A DNA stretch of 40,176 nt from a virus. Lineage: Duplodnaviria > Caudoviricetes. The stretch is taken from positions 1 to 40,176 of IMG/VR virus record IMGVR_UViG_3300023104_000012; one strand, 5' to 3'. Made by a program: the position numbers and the translations under genes. Shown here one piece after another: positions 13,841 through 24,176 of the stretch (the first letter of the stretch is position 1; each line of letters begins with the position of its first letter). The notes under the pieces were generated by a model. The model was given only the letters and a program-made list of their open reading frames with translations, searched no databases and was not told the origin of the DNA.

Positions 13841-15222
13841 CAGAGCTAGTCATTGAGACAGCACGAAAGCTTCTCCCTGCCCTAGAGGATGCTCGCTACA
13901 TTGCTCTCCATGGTGGGCGAGGGGGTATGAAGTCACACTTCTTTGCCGAAAAGCTCATTGAGCGGTGCTTGATGAAGAAAACCCGGTGGGCTTGCATTCG
14001 TGAGGTTCAAGGCTCTCTCCGTGAATCGGTACGACAGCTACTCATTGATAAGATCGATAAGTTTGGCCTTCAAAGTCAGTTTGAGGTTCTAGAGGCTGAG
14101 ATACGTTGCCCTCATGGCGGGCTGATCATCTTCAAGGGTATGCAGAGCTTCAATGCTGCAAACCTCAAGTCGCTAGAGGACTTTGACGGTGCATGGGTTG
14201 AGGAAGCCCAAACCTTCTCAGCCACATCATTGCGCATGCTTCGGCCTACTCTACGTAAGAAGGGGTCACAGCTTTGGTTCTCGTGGAACCCCAGGTTCGA
14301 GACAGACGCCGTTGACGCATTCTTTCGCGGCAAATCTCCACCTAAGGACGCCATTATCATCAATGTGAACTGGTGGGATAATCCATGGTTTAGTGATGGT
14401 GAGATGATGCAGGAAAAGGACGATGATTTCGCCGCTGATCCTGAAATGGCAGAGCATGTGTGGAATGGTGGCTATGAGCGCATCTCGGCAGGTGCCTATT
14501 TCGCCAAGCACATTGCCAAGCTGGAGAAAGAGGGGCGCGTTGGTCATCTGCCATATGCCCCAGAGCTAGGCCCGGTTTATACCTCATGGGATTTGGGTGT
14601 GGATGACTACACATCGATCTGGTTCTATCAGCAGTATCATATCGACCGCATGCCCCGCGTTCGTATTGTGGACTATTACGAGGCCTCAGGGCTTGGTGCA
14701 GACGAGATTGTGGGTCAAGCCCTGCCTGAGTACACAGATGATGTTTTCGCCCGTGTAGAGGCTTTGACAGAGCTTGGGAGAGACGAGAAGTTTGCATACG
14801 GCAGGCACTTCTTCCCACACGACATTGGAATGAGAGAATGGGGCGCTGGCGCTAAGACCCGTGTTCAAACCGTCAACGCTCTCGGCATTCCTCTAAGCAA
14901 GATCAATCGCGGTGTGGCGCAGAATCCAGAGGAACGCATCAACGCCGTTCGCCAGCTATTGCCCATGTGCGAGTTTAACCAGACAGAGCGGGTTATGCTT
15001 GGTTTGACCCATCTTCGGCGCTATAGTCGGAAGATCAACGAGCAGCTTGGCATTTACCTGGGTCCAAAGCATGATGAGCATTCACACGCATCAGACAGCT
15101 TCGGTGAGTTTGCCATAAACTGCGGGATTACAGCGCCTCCACCAGAGGAATTGCTGATGCCAGACAACGACAAGGGCTTCTATATCCAAGCCCCTGCATT
15201 GATAGAGAAGCGCAGGCGTTAA
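13837..15222 (+). CDS. terL: terminase large subunit (PBSX-like)
   Basis: GGRGGMKS Walker A, WVEEA Walker B, WNP, WDLG..D nuclease motif, HASDSF. Confidence 0.95.
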   Translation: MTELVIETARKLLPALEDARYIALHGGRGGMKSHFFAEKLIERCLMKKTRWACIREVQGSLRESVRQLLIDKIDKFGLQSQFEVLEAEIRCPHGGLIIFKGMQSFNAANLKSLEDFDGAWVEEAQTFSATSLRMLRPTLRKKGSQLWFSWNPRFETDAVDAFFRGKSPPKDAIIINVNWWDNPWFSDGEMMQEKDDDFAADPEMAEHVWNGGYERISAGAYFAKHIAKLEKEGRVGHLPYAPELGPVYTSWDLGVDDYTSIWFYQQYHIDRMPRVRIVDYYEASGLGADEIVGQALPEYTDDVFARVEALTELGRDEKFAYGRHFFPHDIGMREWGAGAKTRVQTVNALGIPLSKINRGVAQNPEERINAVRQLLPMCEFNQTERVMLGLTHLRRYSRKINEQLGIYLGPKHDEHSHASDSFGEFAINCGITAPPPEELLMPDNDKGFYIQAPALIEKRRR

Positions 15223-15291
15223 GCATCGTGATTTGGCGCAACCGCCAACCGATGATAAACGTTCCTAAGCACCCCCTATAGGAGACTACCC

Positions 15292-15681
15292 ATGGCAAAG
15301 AACTCCACCGAATTGACCAGCCAAGAGCGAAAAGACCTCGAATCCATTGGCTGGAGCGAGGCTAATCCGTTCAACGTGCCTGAGAATGTTTCGCCTGTGC
15401 TTAAGTCTAAGATCGTAGAGCATTACAAGAAGGAACAGGGCCTTGTTAGCCCTCTCGATATGCCTTCTGCCATTGAATCCGGAAACCAAATGGTAAGGGC
15501 TCGTTCCGCTGACAATGGCGACAAGGAAATGCAGTCCTATCTTGAGGATGCGGACAAGAACGCCGCGACCAAGACCGAGGGCAAGTCGGCTATTCCCGAT
15601 CAGCCCAAGGTTGATGAGACTGCCAACAAGACAGACGACAAAACCTCTGGACAGCGCCGTCAGGGCGATCTAAACAAGTAG
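15292..15681 (+). CDS. hypothetical hydrophilic protein
   Basis: AGGAG RBS, followed by its own terminator. Confidence 0.7.
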   Translation: MAKNSTELTSQERKDLESIGWSEANPFNVPENVSPVLKSKIVEHYKKEQGLVSPLDMPSAIESGNQMVRARSADNGDKEMQSYLEDADKNAATKTEGKSAIPDQPKVDETANKTDDKTSGQRRQGDLNK

Positions 15682-15710
15682 ATGTTCCTCTAAGTTGCTC
15701 ATTAACTCTC

Positions 15711-15748
15711 GCCCCGTAGCTCCTCCCCCAGCTACGGGGTTTCCTTTT
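15711..15748 (+). terminator. Rho-independent terminator with CCTCCCCC loop
   Basis: GCCCCGTAGCT/AGCTACGGGGT stem plus T-rich tail. Confidence 0.8.
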
Positions 15749-15759
15749 GCTCGCTCCTG

Positions 15760-15788
15760 TTGATCGTTCACCAAACGCATGATAATGT
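15760..15788 (+). promoter_or_regulatory. promoter
   Basis: TTGATC-17-TAATGT. Confidence 0.5.
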
Positions 15789-15817
15789 AACGCGCAACGT
15801 TCATTAGGATTGCGCCA

Positions 15818-16069
15818 ATGGCCTACTCGAATGCCCAGAAGCTCCAGAGCCTTGGCGTTGCCACTCCCCTCGCATTAGAGCTACAGGCTCAAATCACAGC
15901 CAATGTTGGCGATAGTCGCCGTCTCAAGGAATTGGGTCTAGGCGGTGTTAAGCTGTGTGATTACGTGGCGACCTCCATTACGACCGGCCCGATGAATGCC
16001 GTACAGGCTACGCGGCTGGGGATGGATACGGTTCTAGCGCCCGCTCTGACAGCGATGGTGAATGCGTAA
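15818..16069 (+). CDS. small protein paralogous to N-terminus of next gene
   Basis: MA.S.AQK..SLG....LA.E...QI......RRL.ELG shared with 16069. Confidence 0.75.
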   Translation: MAYSNAQKLQSLGVATPLALELQAQITANVGDSRRLKELGLGGVKLCDYVATSITTGPMNAVQATRLGMDTVLAPALTAMVNA

Positions 16070-17430
16070 TGGCTCTGTCACTAGCGCAGAAGTTCGTAAG
16101 TCTTGGGACGTCTCCGGCTCTGGCGAAAGAGTACGCTAATCAGATTCAGGTTGGGGTCTACAATGCACGTCGCCTTTCAGAACTTGGGATGGTGACGCCC
16201 CTGGCTAAATACGTAACAGAGAGTTTGGCTATCGGAACGTTCGTTGGTCGTAAGGCCATGGAACTTAGCATGACGGAAGCAGTTGCAAATCTAACATTAG
16301 CGAATCTGATGTGGGTTCCGGTGGAAACCTCATTGCGTTCTTTGTATGCAGCCAATCAAGGGTTGGCGACACCCCACACGCTTCCGGCTATGGCTTCCCC
16401 TCCAAGCGTAACGGTTACAAGCGTTACGGCAAATCCTGCCGGGATGGGCGTAACATACACTTATGTTTCGGGGTCTCTTGTACCTCTGTACAAGGGCGGC
16501 GCAGATAAGGCGTTTTCAACCAACTACCGCCGTTTCCCCGTCGTTACTGATCCGGTCGGTGGCGGCAATGTTGGCGGTAACGAGAGTGCATCGGTATTCT
16601 TCTCGGGCGTTCGCACTACTTCAGCAAAGGTTTCATTCTCCACTCTCAGTTCGACAGAGAAAGTGCGTTTCCGAGTTCGAACGCCGGGCGGAATTGATCA
16701 GTACGTGAACAAGGCTGGGACGCTCAATTCGTCCAACGGTCACATCGTTCTGGACTTCGGCTCTGATGCGGACCGCATCGTCACTTGCGAGGGCATGAAG
16801 AACGGCGGCATTCGCGCTATCAATGTGCTCGACGGATACACGGCGACAAAGCCTGTTGAGGAGGCGGGTATCGCGTTGTTCCTGGGCGATAGCTTCATTG
16901 AAGGAGTCGGGACGGCGTTTGTCGGTGATGGGCTTGCCGCTCCATGCGCCGAAAGCCTTGGCTTTGCCCATTTCTGGGCCTCGGGCTCGGGTGGGACTGG
17001 CTACGTAGCAACAAATTCATCCACTCGACCAAAACTCGCAGATCGTATCGTAGCCGATATAACACGGGCAATGGGGTACGGTACTGTCGCCAAGGTGTTT
17101 ATGGCTATGGGCCTTAATGATATCGGCCTCTCAGGCATTCAGGCTGAAGCGGAGGCGTGTTTATCCTTGGCTCGCGGCATTCTGCCAGCGGCGTCTATCT
17201 CTGTTGTGGGGCCTTGGGACAACGCCGCCCCGAGCGCGCCGGTCGCCAATTATGCAGCGTGCAAAACCGCAATTCAAGCTGCCGTTGTTAACAGGGGTGG
17301 AGTTCATTTTCTTGATCCTCAGGGCGTTTCTTTCGCTCAGAACGCACTTACCCTACCGCACCCGACTGAAGCGGGTGCGTTGACCTTGGGCCAATGGCTT
17401 GCTGCGGCAGAGCGGGCAGCGCTGGCCTGA
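16069..17430 (+). CDS. SGNH/GDSL hydrolase-domain protein (probably virion-associated)
   Basis: FLGDSF, GSGGTGY, GLND and HP blocks. Confidence 0.8.
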   Translation: MALSLAQKFVSLGTSPALAKEYANQIQVGVYNARRLSELGMVTPLAKYVTESLAIGTFVGRKAMELSMTEAVANLTLANLMWVPVETSLRSLYAANQGLATPHTLPAMASPPSVTVTSVTANPAGMGVTYTYVSGSLVPLYKGGADKAFSTNYRRFPVVTDPVGGGNVGGNESASVFFSGVRTTSAKVSFSTLSSTEKVRFRVRTPGGIDQYVNKAGTLNSSNGHIVLDFGSDADRIVTCEGMKNGGIRAINVLDGYTATKPVEEAGIALFLGDSFIEGVGTAFVGDGLAAPCAESLGFAHFWASGSGGTGYVATNSSTRPKLADRIVADITRAMGYGTVAKVFMAMGLNDIGLSGIQAEAEACLSLARGILPAASISVVGPWDNAAPSAPVANYAACKTAIQAAVVNRGGVHFLDPQGVSFAQNALTLPHPTEAGALTLGQWLAAAERAALA

Positions 17431-17474
17431 TTCGTGCCCTCACACCAACTCTGTGACTGAGATAGAAATGTAGA

Positions 17475-19850
17475 ATGGCAAATTACCAAGGCGAGCCGCA
17501 ATACGAAGATCAAATGAGCGAGGATGAGGCGCTAGAGCCAACGTCCTCCAAGCGGCTTCTCATTGCCATCAAGAACGCAGAGAAGAAGTTCAACGCCTAT
17601 CAGTCCAAAGCAGACCGGATTGATAAGCTCTACGCCAATCTCGATACGTGGTCCTCGTTCTACGGCAACGGCGGGATATTCGACCACGAATTCAATCTGT
17701 TCTGGGCGTCGATGGAAGTCGTCAAGCCCTCTATTTATTCCCGGCCTCCCATCCCGGTTGTAACGCCTGTATTCAAGGATCGAAGCCCCATCGTTCGCAC
17801 TGGCTCTGAAATGCTGGAGCGGTGTGCGGTACGGGGCTTTTCCATCTCTGACATTGATCAGGTGATGTTGGGCGTTCGTGATGATCTAGCTATTGTTGCC
17901 CGTGGCGTTATCTGGTGCACGTATGAATCTGGCGATGACGCAAAGCCATATGGCGAGCGCGTCTGCATTGAGCATCTGGACCGCAAGGACTTCCTGCACG
18001 AACCCGCTCGCAAGTGGGCTGATGTTGGTTGGGTTGCCCGTCGCGCTTGGCTCACACGCAAAGAGGCCAAGAAACGGTTTGGCACTAAGGCCGATAATGC
18101 ATCCTATGGACAGCACAAAGATGAGCGCGGCGAAGAGGTCGATAACACGCCCAAGGCTGGGTTCTGGGAAATCTGGTCTAAGGTAGATCGCAAGGTCTAT
18201 TGGGTTGCTGAGGGGTGTGAAGAGGTATTGGACGAGGATGAGCCATTCCTCAAGCTCAAGAACTTCTTCCCGTGCCCGCGCCCTGCCTATGCCACGCTAG
18301 AGCGCCGCTCCCTCGTTCCAGTCCCTGATATCGTCTATATCGAGGATCAGCTAGAGAGCATCAATGAACTAACATCTCGCATTCATGGGCTGTGCGAAAA
18401 GCTCGTAGTGCGCGGCATTATCCCGGCTGGCTCTGATGTGGGTGACGCGCTGGAAACGGCGTACCGCAATCTCGACGCCGATCACATGATTATCCCGGTC
18501 CCGGCTGCTGCGTTCAATACTGCTAGCAAGTATGTGGACTGGCTGCCTATCGACATGATCGCGCAGGCCCTCATTTCGGCTGTAGAGGCACGTAGAGAGC
18601 TTATCGGCAATGTTCAGGAGCTTCTTGGCATTGCTGACATTATGCGCGGTGAATCCGAAGCACAGGAAACGCTAGGGGCGCAAAAGCTCAAGGCGCAGTT
18701 CGGCTCTGTTCGCATTCGGGACAAGATTTCTGAGTTGGTGCGCATTGGACGCGATACGCTTCAGATCATGAGCGAAATCCAGGCTGAGGAGTTCGACTTC
18801 GATACGCTGCTCGAAATGAGCCGTATGGAGCTTCCAAAGCGCTCGGAGATCAAGAAGCAGCTATCCGACATTAAGGACAGCGCGAAGAAAGAGCTAACGG
18901 CACTGGCTGATAAGGCAGAGGAAGCGCTACAGGCACCAGAAGCCCAGCAGAACCCGCAAGAGGCGCAACAGCAGTTCCAGCAGGCGCAGGAAGCCATCCT
19001 AGCCAAGTTCCAGCCTATCATTGATAAGTTGGGCAAGGCTGTGACGCAGGAAGACGTTAAAGAGCTACTGGCTGAACAGAAGACCGGGTTTGCCGACTTC
19101 GATATTCAGACCGATTCCACGATCTATCCTGATGAACAGGCAGCTAAACAGGCTGTATCTGAGCTTCTGATGTCCATCTCCAGTTCCATCGTTGGGCTTC
19201 AGCCTATGGTCGCGACCGGCAAGGAAGGCGCAAAGCTTGCTGGCGATCTTATCAAGATGGCTATCGCTCCTCATCGCCCCGGTCGAGAGATTGAGGGTTC
19301 GATTGATGAGTGGGTTCAGTCCATGGCGAACATGCCTCAGGCTCCTAATCCAGAAGCCGAGAAGGCAAAGGCACAGGCTGCGCTAGATCAGCAGAAAATG
19401 CAGATCGAAATGCAGAAGCTTCAGGCATCGCTTGCTCAGGTGCAGGCAGACAACCAGTTCCGCGCTCAGGAGTTGAAGCTGAAGGAAGCCGAACTATCCC
19501 TCAAGGCGCAGGAAATTCAGGCCAAACCACAAACCGAACTGGCAAAGGTGCAGGCCAAGGCTCAGACTGACATGCAGAAGAGCCAGACTGATGCAGAGGT
19601 TGCGGTAATCCGTGAACGTGCGCAGTTGGATGCTGATGCTCAGACAACGCAAATGAGCTTGGATGCAGAGGCCGCGCTAGAGGCACAACGTTCCCAAGCC
19701 GAAACTGCTAAGATGCTGCTTGACGAGAATTTCAGGCGCGATGAGCTTGTGACCAAGACAGAACTGGAATGGGCCAAACTCCAACAGCAGGAACAGCAGG
19801 CCGAACCTGCCGCTCAGGAAGCAAGGGAGCGTCCAAATGCGCAGGAATAG
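17475..19850 (+). CDS. portal protein with long C-terminal coiled coil
   Basis: 791 aa; position between terL and scaffold; GIADIMRG..ETLGAQ.LK motif; Q/A-rich tail. Confidence 0.8.
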   Translation: MANYQGEPQYEDQMSEDEALEPTSSKRLLIAIKNAEKKFNAYQSKADRIDKLYANLDTWSSFYGNGGIFDHEFNLFWASMEVVKPSIYSRPPIPVVTPVFKDRSPIVRTGSEMLERCAVRGFSISDIDQVMLGVRDDLAIVARGVIWCTYESGDDAKPYGERVCIEHLDRKDFLHEPARKWADVGWVARRAWLTRKEAKKRFGTKADNASYGQHKDERGEEVDNTPKAGFWEIWSKVDRKVYWVAEGCEEVLDEDEPFLKLKNFFPCPRPAYATLERRSLVPVPDIVYIEDQLESINELTSRIHGLCEKLVVRGIIPAGSDVGDALETAYRNLDADHMIIPVPAAAFNTASKYVDWLPIDMIAQALISAVEARRELIGNVQELLGIADIMRGESEAQETLGAQKLKAQFGSVRIRDKISELVRIGRDTLQIMSEIQAEEFDFDTLLEMSRMELPKRSEIKKQLSDIKDSAKKELTALADKAEEALQAPEAQQNPQEAQQQFQQAQEAILAKFQPIIDKLGKAVTQEDVKELLAEQKTGFADFDIQTDSTIYPDEQAAKQAVSELLMSISSSIVGLQPMVATGKEGAKLAGDLIKMAIAPHRPGREIEGSIDEWVQSMANMPQAPNPEAEKAKAQAALDQQKMQIEMQKLQASLAQVQADNQFRAQELKLKEAELSLKAQEIQAKPQTELAKVQAKAQTDMQKSQTDAEVAVIRERAQLDADAQTTQMSLDAEAALEAQRSQAETAKMLLDENFRRDELVTKTELEWAKLQQQEQQAEPAAQEARERPNAQE

Positions 19851-20043
19851 GCTTGGTCTCCGTAACATAAGTTATGCCTACCCTGGCAAGCTTGGCATCA
19901 CCACGGATAAAGGCCAGCAGAACAACTATCCACTGGTTCTCGATGCGCCTACTGAATCCGTTGAAATCATGAATATCCGCTATGAAACCGGCGCTCTTAG
20001 CACTGATGCGCCCGATCCATTGCCTCCAGAAGGAAACATATAA
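19837..20043 (+). CDS. hypothetical protein
   Basis: Overlap-coupled. Confidence 0.55.
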   Translation: MRRNRLGLRNISYAYPGKLGITTDKGQQNNYPLVLDAPTESVEIMNIRYETGALSTDAPDPLPPEGNI

Positions 20044-20435
20044 TGGCCCAAGGTGTAACACTGATGGTTCCAGCCACCTCAGCGGGTGCAGATGGGATCA
20101 TTCGAGACCAGAAGCTAAGCGCATCCAATCCGTTGCCAGTGTCCAGCACGGCGGCATCTGCGACCACAGGCGCGGTCACCAACGTTAACGACACGGCTAC
20201 AAGCACGACGCTCCTTGCTGCGAACACAGCGCGTAAAGGTGCGATCATCACCAATACGTCCAGCGCCATTCTTTATGTTCGGTTGGCATCAGGCACAGCA
20301 TCCGCAACGATGTTCACTTATCGCCTTCCCCAGAACGCTACGCAGGAAATCGGCGTGCCCTATACCGGCATCATTACCGGTGTGTGGGCTACTGATCCAA
20401 ATGATGGCGTGGCCGTAGTTACGGAATTGGTATGA
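20043..20435 (+). CDS. putative virion structural protein
   Basis: T/A-rich beta protein, LLAANTARKG..I.N. Confidence 0.65.
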   Translation: MAQGVTLMVPATSAGADGIIRDQKLSASNPLPVSSTAASATTGAVTNVNDTATSTTLLAANTARKGAIITNTSSAILYVRLASGTASATMFTYRLPQNATQEIGVPYTGIITGVWATDPNDGVAVVTELV

Positions 20436-20782
20436 TGGCTATCGCAACGCCTTACAGACGACTGACGGACCCCATCTTGGTTGTAGTGGGAGCATCGGCA
20501 GGAACCTCAACTATGGTCCCAGCCAACTTTATCCCAGCTAATGCCGATGCGTTTCAGGTGGTAAATTCCAATTCCTGCTATGTGCGTTTGCGCGGATTTA
20601 AGCTAGGCGAGACAGGAGAGGTTGAGGAAGGCAAAGGCTGGCTACTGCCTCCCGGCCATGTCTCCGTATATGCTACTCAAAAGCCCGAACGCATGTCTGC
20701 AATGGCAGTTGCTCGCGCAGGCTTCCCCATCGACAGCGGGAGCCTCGTTCCGCTAGAAGTTAACTACGGTTTCGGAATATGA
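20432..20782 (+). CDS. putative virion structural protein
   Basis: 116 aa, coupled. Confidence 0.6.
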   Translation: MMAIATPYRRLTDPILVVVGASAGTSTMVPANFIPANADAFQVVNSNSCYVRLRGFKLGETGEVEEGKGWLLPPGHVSVYATQKPERMSAMAVARAGFPIDSGSLVPLEVNYGFGI

Positions 20783-21267
20783 CAGTTCGCAGCCCAGGAT
20801 ATGGCCTTAAAGGACCGAAAGGCGATAAGGGCGATACAGGCGCATCCGGTCCTCAAGGTAATGCCGGGGCAACGGGATCGACTGGTTCTAAAGGCGACAC
20901 GGGAGCCCAAGGGGTAAAGGGAGATACTGGCGCTCAAGGACCAATTGGACCAACCGGCGCAACTGGGGCCACGGGTGCAGCAGGAGCCAACGGCACAAAT
21001 GCTTCCGTACTAGTCGGCACGGTGACTCTCGCGGAATCGGCGCTTATCACACTCGCACTAGGTGTTCGGCGTGTCACTGTAGCACTCGCAGGAACGGTTA
21101 CGGCGGGGTCATATGTTGCCGCACCCACAGCAGCCCCGCCCGCAGGGTACTCAATCCAAGATGCATATTGCTCTACAGCAGGACAGATAACAGTTGGTAT
21201 CATTGTTCCTGCTTTAGGCGTTGCCACCAATTATTCCATCCAAGTCCGAATCTTTAGGTTGAATTGA
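20779..21267 (+). CDS. collagen-like triple-helix (head fibre) protein
   Basis: Continuous G-X-Y run of over 20 triplets, [10 protein letters not shown]... Confidence 0.85.
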   Translation: MTVRSPGYGLKGPKGDKGDTGASGPQGNAGATGSTGSKGDTGAQGVKGDTGAQGPIGPTGATGATGAAGANGTNASVLVGTVTLAESALITLALGVRRVTVALAGTVTAGSYVAAPTAAPPAGYSIQDAYCSTAGQITVGIIVPALGVATNYSIQVRIFRLN

Positions 21268-21635
21268 TGAGACAGCGTTCTTGCCGTATATGTGGCGGCT
21301 GGCATTACCTCGATAGCTGGCCTTCAGAATGTTATGTTATACCGGAAACAAAGCGTTCCGATCTGGAATTCCCCATGATTGGTGTTCGCGACGATACAGA
21401 GCCGCTTGTCTCGATGGCAGACGGCAAGAAATACACCTCCCGCGCTGCAATGCGGGAAAGCTACAAGGCACCCAATAATCCAAAGGGTGTCGATTACATT
21501 GAGGTTGGGAATGATCCTGAGTTTATCACTCCTACACCTCGCCAGCCTCTCGCTCCGAAGAAGGAAGATTTCTTGGTAGCGGTAGAGAAAGCCGAAGCAG
21601 CCATTAATCGTGGCGAATTCCAGGACGTACCATGA
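21267..21635 (+). CDS. conserved hypothetical protein upstream of scaffold
   Basis: CRICGGWH; SMADGKKYTSRAAMR...EVGND. Confidence 0.7.
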   Translation: MRQRSCRICGGWHYLDSWPSECYVIPETKRSDLEFPMIGVRDDTEPLVSMADGKKYTSRAAMRESYKAPNNPKGVDYIEVGNDPEFITPTPRQPLAPKKEDFLVAVEKAEAAINRGEFQDVP

Positions 21636-22783
21636 CCGAAGAAGCCCTTACCTCGCTTGCCGTTGAAGATACCCCTAATCCGGGCACGGTGAGCTTTACT
21701 CCGGAGCCAAAGGAACCAGTTAAGCCGCCCACTGCCCGCGAAGCCATTGAGAAGAGCCTTGAGGCTATCGAGGAGAAGGATGGCAAGATTCCAGAGGTTG
21801 AGGATATTCGGGAAAAGAAACCCGATCCGAAGGCCAAGGAAGTCAAGATTGAGGATAAAGCGGTTGAGGATAAGCCAAAGGCCACTGAGCCTAAGGTTGA
21901 TCTGAAGCAGGCGGTTGAGACTGATGACGACCCCGCGCCCGTTGATCCTCCTAAGCCCCCTTCTGGTGATCGCGACATTAACCGCGCTCCTGACAACTTC
22001 CTCCCCCGCGCCAAGGAGAAGTGGGCCGATGCACCTGAAGAGGTTCGGGGTGAGTTCTATCGCGCTCTCGACAATTTCGAGAAGGGAAAACAGGAATACC
22101 ATCAGGACCGAGAGTTCCGCAAAGACCTAAAGCCATTTGAAGAGATGGCCCAGCAGGCGGGCGTTACCGTCAAGCAGGCCCTTGAGAACTACACGGCCAT
22201 TGATCGGCTTCTAAAGCAGAGCCCGGAAGAGGGGATTGAGCGCGTTCTCAAGTCTGTGGGTATTTCACCTGTTGACTACGCCAAGCATATTCTCGGCAAG
22301 GAACAGCAGCTTCAGCAGAACCCGGCTCTCGCTCATACGCAGCGTCTAGAGCAACAGGTCCAGCAGCTAACGCATCAGATTCAGGGCTTCACTCAGGCCC
22401 AGACGCAAGCGCAGCAGCAGGCGTCTCAACAGCAGGCTATCCAACAGGTGGAAAACACCCTGTTTGCAGAGGTACGACAGCAGCACCCCCGGTTCGATGA
22501 ACTGAGGCCGGATGTTGCGTTTTTCTTTAACAGTGATAAACTGTCGTCAATTGTAGATGAACGATCACGTTTGTTTGCAGCAGTGGACATGGCAGAGCGG
22601 ATAAACCCCGCGTCACAGTCCCATACTACGCGAAGTGCCCAGAGGCCGGTAAACCCGGCTGGCGAAAAATCCATCAAAGGCTCCCTAACCAACGGAACAG
22701 ACGTTTACGCTGGCAAAGGGGTCAAACTTAGTTCACGCGAAGCCATCGAAGCGGCAATGAACCAACTCGATATTCGCTCATGA
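21632..22783 (+). CDS. head scaffolding protein
   Basis: Charged P/E/K-rich N-terminus, Q-rich coil, directly before capsid gene. Confidence 0.75.
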   Translation: MTEEALTSLAVEDTPNPGTVSFTPEPKEPVKPPTAREAIEKSLEAIEEKDGKIPEVEDIREKKPDPKAKEVKIEDKAVEDKPKATEPKVDLKQAVETDDDPAPVDPPKPPSGDRDINRAPDNFLPRAKEKWADAPEEVRGEFYRALDNFEKGKQEYHQDREFRKDLKPFEEMAQQAGVTVKQALENYTAIDRLLKQSPEEGIERVLKSVGISPVDYAKHILGKEQQLQQNPALAHTQRLEQQVQQLTHQIQGFTQAQTQAQQQASQQQAIQQVENTLFAEVRQQHPRFDELRPDVAFFFNSDKLSSIVDERSRLFAAVDMAERINPASQSHTTRSAQRPVNPAGEKSIKGSLTNGTDVYAGKGVKLSSREAIEAAMNQLDIRS

Positions 22784-22797
22784 AGGATTGATACAGA

Positions 22798-23811
22798 ATG
22801 GCAGTCACTACCGACCGTCAGTATCGCCAGCTTCTATCTGCCTCTATGGCTATGCGCAAAGAAGGCATTACGGAACTGGTGTACAACAATGACCCCGTCC
22901 TTGCGGTCATTCGTGAACGCGGCAATGTTCGGAGCTTCTACGGCCCCGAAATCCGCCATCACCTCCAGATCAACAAGCAGGACGGACAGTGGTTTACGGG
23001 GTATGATTACCTCCGAAACTCGCCCATCGAACTGTTCAATGATGCGTACTTTACGCCCACGAACCTCGCTGTTCCGATTTCCTTCAATGGTACGGAACTG
23101 CTGGTAAACCGTGGTCGTGCGCAGGTTATTGACCTGATGGAAGAGTACCAGAACGCCGCCATCGGCTCCATGCGTGATACCATGGAAGCCGCTGTCCACG
23201 GCGATGGTACAGGCTCGAACGGTCGCCAGCTTATCGGTCTTGCCGCAGCCCTCCCGGTTGTGACCAACACTGGTACGTATGGCGGTATTGACCGTTCGAC
23301 CAATGCCATCTGGCGCACCTCGTCTTACGATGCCAACTCGGCATTCCCGACAATTGGCACACAGGTCGATTCCACCACGATCCGTCCAATGTATGAAGCT
23401 ATCATGCTTCAGCGTTCGAAGGGCCGTAAGGGTGCTGATCTCCTGATTGCGTCTGCTGAACACTTTACGGCGTTCTCGCAGTCGCTTGTTGCCCATCAGC
23501 GCATCACCACCCAGGGCCGCGTTGGTCGCCTTGGCTTCCCGGCTCTTGAATTTGCCGGTGCGGGCTTTGTGGCCGAAGTTATCCCGGCTGCCGGTATCCG
23601 TTCGGCAATGCCTGCAAACACCACCTATGGTCTCGATTCGTCCTCGCTGTACCTCTATCAGCACCCGGATCGTAACATGGACATGCTGTTTGATGGCGAC
23701 GGTCAGATGCCAATCAACCAAGATGCCATCGCAAACTTCTTGGTGTGGATGGGCCAGCTTGTATTGGGTGATCCTCAGTACTCCTGGCGCTTGTACGATT
23801 CCGTGCCCTGA
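22798..23811 (+). CDS. major capsid protein
   Basis: 337 aa; GDGTG..G.QLIGL and GTYGGIDR....W motifs; strong codon bias. Confidence 0.9.
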   Translation: MAVTTDRQYRQLLSASMAMRKEGITELVYNNDPVLAVIRERGNVRSFYGPEIRHHLQINKQDGQWFTGYDYLRNSPIELFNDAYFTPTNLAVPISFNGTELLVNRGRAQVIDLMEEYQNAAIGSMRDTMEAAVHGDGTGSNGRQLIGLAAALPVVTNTGTYGGIDRSTNAIWRTSSYDANSAFPTIGTQVDSTTIRPMYEAIMLQRSKGRKGADLLIASAEHFTAFSQSLVAHQRITTQGRVGRLGFPALEFAGAGFVAEVIPAAGIRSAMPANTTYGLDSSSLYLYQHPDRNMDMLFDGDGQMPINQDAIANFLVWMGQLVLGDPQYSWRLYDSVP

Positions 23812-23826
23812 TAGGAGATTTGAATC

Positions 23827-24117
23827 ATGGTTTTCCGCATTACTCCTAGCCTTGGCCCTGACCTTGAGCAGTTTGATACTGACTTTTGGTTCGATCTCAC
23901 TGGCGTTGACAGCCCACTTCCTGGTGCTGCTGTTCTCGGCTCTGACGGCCACAAGTATGTCTTTGCAAAAGCGGGCGCGGCTATCGCTACCGCTGGTACG
24001 GACGTAATCATCAACGAAACCACTTGGGTAGCAGCAGTAGGCGCTGGTACTTACGAGACGACTGTTGCAGCCATTCCCATCAATGCATGGACTTGGTTCC
24101 GCCAGATCGCTCTCTAA
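23827..24117 (+). CDS. putative capsid decoration/cement protein
   Basis: Follows MCP, precedes terminator; GSDGHKYVFAKA. Confidence 0.65.
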   Translation: MVFRITPSLGPDLEQFDTDFWFDLTGVDSPLPGAAVLGSDGHKYVFAKAGAAIATAGTDVIINETTWVAAVGAGTYETTVAAIPINAWTWFRQIAL

Positions 24118-24123
24118 ACCACT

Positions 24124-24152
24124 AGGCGGGGGCTTCGGCTCCCGCTTTCTTC
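24124..24152 (+). terminator. Rho-independent terminator
   Basis: GGCGGGGGC-TTCG-GCTCCCGCT followed by TTCTT. Confidence 0.85.
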
Positions 24153-24176
24153 TGCACCTTTAATCAAGGAATCCCA

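Noticed and set aside
20800-20995. Tandem DNA repeat or CRISPR-like array
   Set aside because: Periodicity is explained by collagen G-X-Y codons; I saw no repeat-spacer array anywhere in the window.
22834-23952. 372-aa antisense ORF over the capsid gene
   Set aside because: Shadow ORF produced by strong codon bias of the MCP; no RBS or recognisable motifs.
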